DNA of 64,000 nucleotides from Escherichia coli (GTDB lineage Bacteria; Pseudomonadota; Gammaproteobacteria; Enterobacterales; Enterobacteriaceae): NCBI RefSeq assembly GCF_050320075.1, contig NZ_CP190018.1; one strand, 5' to 3'. Shown piece by piece: positions 62,324 to 64,000 of this stretch (position 1 is its first letter; each line of letters starts with the position of its first letter). The notes under the pieces were generated by a model. It saw only the letters and a program-made list of their open reading frames with translations, ran no database searches and was not told where the DNA came from. The position numbers and the translations under genes were made by a program.

Positions 62324-62974
62324 TCAATGAGACATCATTTCCTCGACCACTTCTTCGCTACTCAACTGATAGGGATAATACGTTGGCCAGTTTTCCATTT
62401 CATTTAATAAAGATTGCTGTGAATCATTACCCATAAAAATGTGAAAATGAGATGATTTTCGTGGTGCAATTATATGATCGCTAAATTGAATATATTTAGG
62501 GGCTTTGCTTTCAGGATCTTTACATTCGAATAAATAACGAACGCCTTTCTTACCTGATTTATAGGTGAGTATTTTGTATCCATCGTAATCATATTTACAG
62601 GATGTTGTTTCATTATTTCTATGGAATTCAACAATGCCGTCCTCAATGCCAATCATCTCGATATCTGTCACATAACCTTTGCGATAATAATCTTTAATTT
62701 CAGCAAATGTTTTGGTTTTATCTGCATCCGCTTTCTTCTGAAAGACGGGGTCAAGTTTGCCACTTTGCAGTAAAGGATAAACGGATTGCCATACTCCATC
62801 CCAGTCACTTAGCGTTCGGTTTTGTACATTGGCATCATCAAAAACACCATTAGCAGCTTTTTGTTCGACCTCTGTTAAGGGTTTGCCGTGTGAGTGATGA
62901 CCATGCGAAAAGGCAGGAGCGCTAACAATAAAGACACCTAAAGCAACAGCCAGTTTATGAAGACGAATCGCCAA
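62324..62974 (-). CDS. zinT: Zinc/cadmium-binding periplasmic protein
   Basis: 216 aa with signal peptide and His-rich HGHHSHG motif. Confidence 0.85.
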   Translation of the reverse strand: MAIRLHKLAVALGVFIVSAPAFSHGHHSHGKPLTEVEQKAANGVFDDANVQNRTLSDWDGVWQSVYPLLQSGKLDPVFQKKADADKTKTFAEIKDYYRKGYVTDIEMIGIEDGIVEFHRNNETTSCKYDYDGYKILTYKSGKKGVRYLFECKDPESKAPKYIQFSDHIIAPRKSSHFHIFMGNDSQQSLLNEMENWPTYYPYQLSSEEVVEEMMSH

Positions 62975-63230
62975 AACAGTTTCCTCCAGAGTTAATGTAT
63001 ATAATGTGTAATGTTATATTGTAACATATAACAAAATGCAACAACTCTTAGGAAACGAGTGCAAAGTTACCTCAGGTATATTTTCCTATCTTATTGAAAT
63101 GACATAAATTATGTCGATGATTTGAGGTTGATGACAAACGAAACATAACCTGATGTGATCTGCGTAGGCCGGATAGGGCGCTCGCGCCGCATCCGGCAGG
63201 GATAACGCGTACTTTGTCGGTAATATGAAG

Positions 63231-63866
63231 TTATAGAGATAATTTGTTGTGAACCTGCTTGCGTAACCGGTTGAAAAGGGAAAGCAACTTCTTATACCGT
63301 AAGGCTAAAAGCAGTACCGCCAGCCCAGCGTAGATGAGTGGCTGCGGTGAAATAATCTTCACTGACCACAGATAATGTATTGGGGCCAGGATCGCGACAA
63401 GATAGACGAAATTATGCAACTGTTGCCAGTGCTTGCCGAGTTTTCGCTGCATCGCCTGGGTTGAAGTAAACGCTAAAGCAAGCAAAATAACCCAGCTGAT
63501 AATTCCTAACGTTAAATAAGGCCGGGTAATTAACTCCTTACCTAATAACGCCAGATTATTCACGCCCAGCTCCAGTAATGCGTAACTGGTTAAATGCAGT
63601 GTCGCCCAGGCAAAGCACCATAAGCCTAACAGGCGGCGAGTGCGTATCAATAACGGCTGTTTTGCGTAGCGTGCCAGAGGTGTGATTAACAAGGTCGCCA
63701 GCAAAAATTTCAGTGCAGTGCGACCAGTAAAATGCTGAATATCTTTCACTGGATCGGCACCCAGTCCACCGTGATTGATCGCCCAGACCAGCCAGAGAAA
63801 CGGCAACAATCCGGCAAGATGCAGGCAAACTTTCATCCATGTCACCTGTTTTGCTGTCAGACGCAT
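63231..63866 (-). CDS. msrQ: Methionine sulfoxide reductase haem-binding membrane subunit
   Basis: 211 aa, multi-TM with conserved His; adjacent to zinT. Confidence 0.8.
   Translation of the reverse strand: MRLTAKQVTWMKVCLHLAGLLPFLWLVWAINHGGLGADPVKDIQHFTGRTALKFLLATLLITPLARYAKQPLLIRTRRLLGLWCFAWATLHLTSYALLELGVNNLALLGKELITRPYLTLGIISWVILLALAFTSTQAMQRKLGKHWQQLHNFVYLVAILAPIHYLWSVKIISPQPLIYAGLAVLLLALRYKKLLSLFNRLRKQVHNKLSL

Positions 63867-64000
<134 letters not shown>

Overview
Escherichia coli chromosomal segment carrying a ~47.9-kb lambda-like prophage integrated into the 3' end of tRNA-Ser (serU). Host backbone, left: amn (partial), shiA, an intact AT-rich yeeL-like glycosyltransferase, the giant inverse-autotransporter adhesin yeeJ (with near-identical internal tandem repeats), tRNA-Asn, mtfA, serU. 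Host backbone, right: zinT, msrQ, start of msrP. The prophage (about 13715-61656, bounded by a 62-bp direct repeat of the serU 3' end) is mosaic. Its early region is Qin/Rac-like: integrase, xis-like, large DnaQ-like exonuclease, a ydfA-ydfB-ydfC-DicF-dicB-ydfD operon, DicA-like repressor, Cro-like, YdaT-like, replication initiator with internal iterons, hok toxin, DUF968, RusA, Q-like antiterminator, pR'/tR', two tRNAs. The lysis cassette is pinholin plus SAR endolysin plus Rz/Rz1. The morphogenesis region is nearly lambda itself (cos, Nu1, A, W, B, C/Nu3, D, E, FI, FII, Z, U, V, G/G-T, H, M, L, K, I, J, lom, stf). The prophage looks defective: an IS66-family element splits the major capsid gene E after codon 20, and two small nin-region genes carry in-frame TAG codons. 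I could not identify any single well-supported new multi-gene system. The best candidates for undescribed function are small cargo cassettes at classical moron sites: an antisense RHH + 141-aa pair between Rz and cos, a two-ORF insert between holin and endolysin, the stx-equivalent site downstream of Q/tRNAs, and the tail-fibre end, which also carries an AT-rich membrane GGDEF diguanylate cyclase. All protein identifications rest on my recollection of families and of lambda/K-12 sequences; no database search was run.
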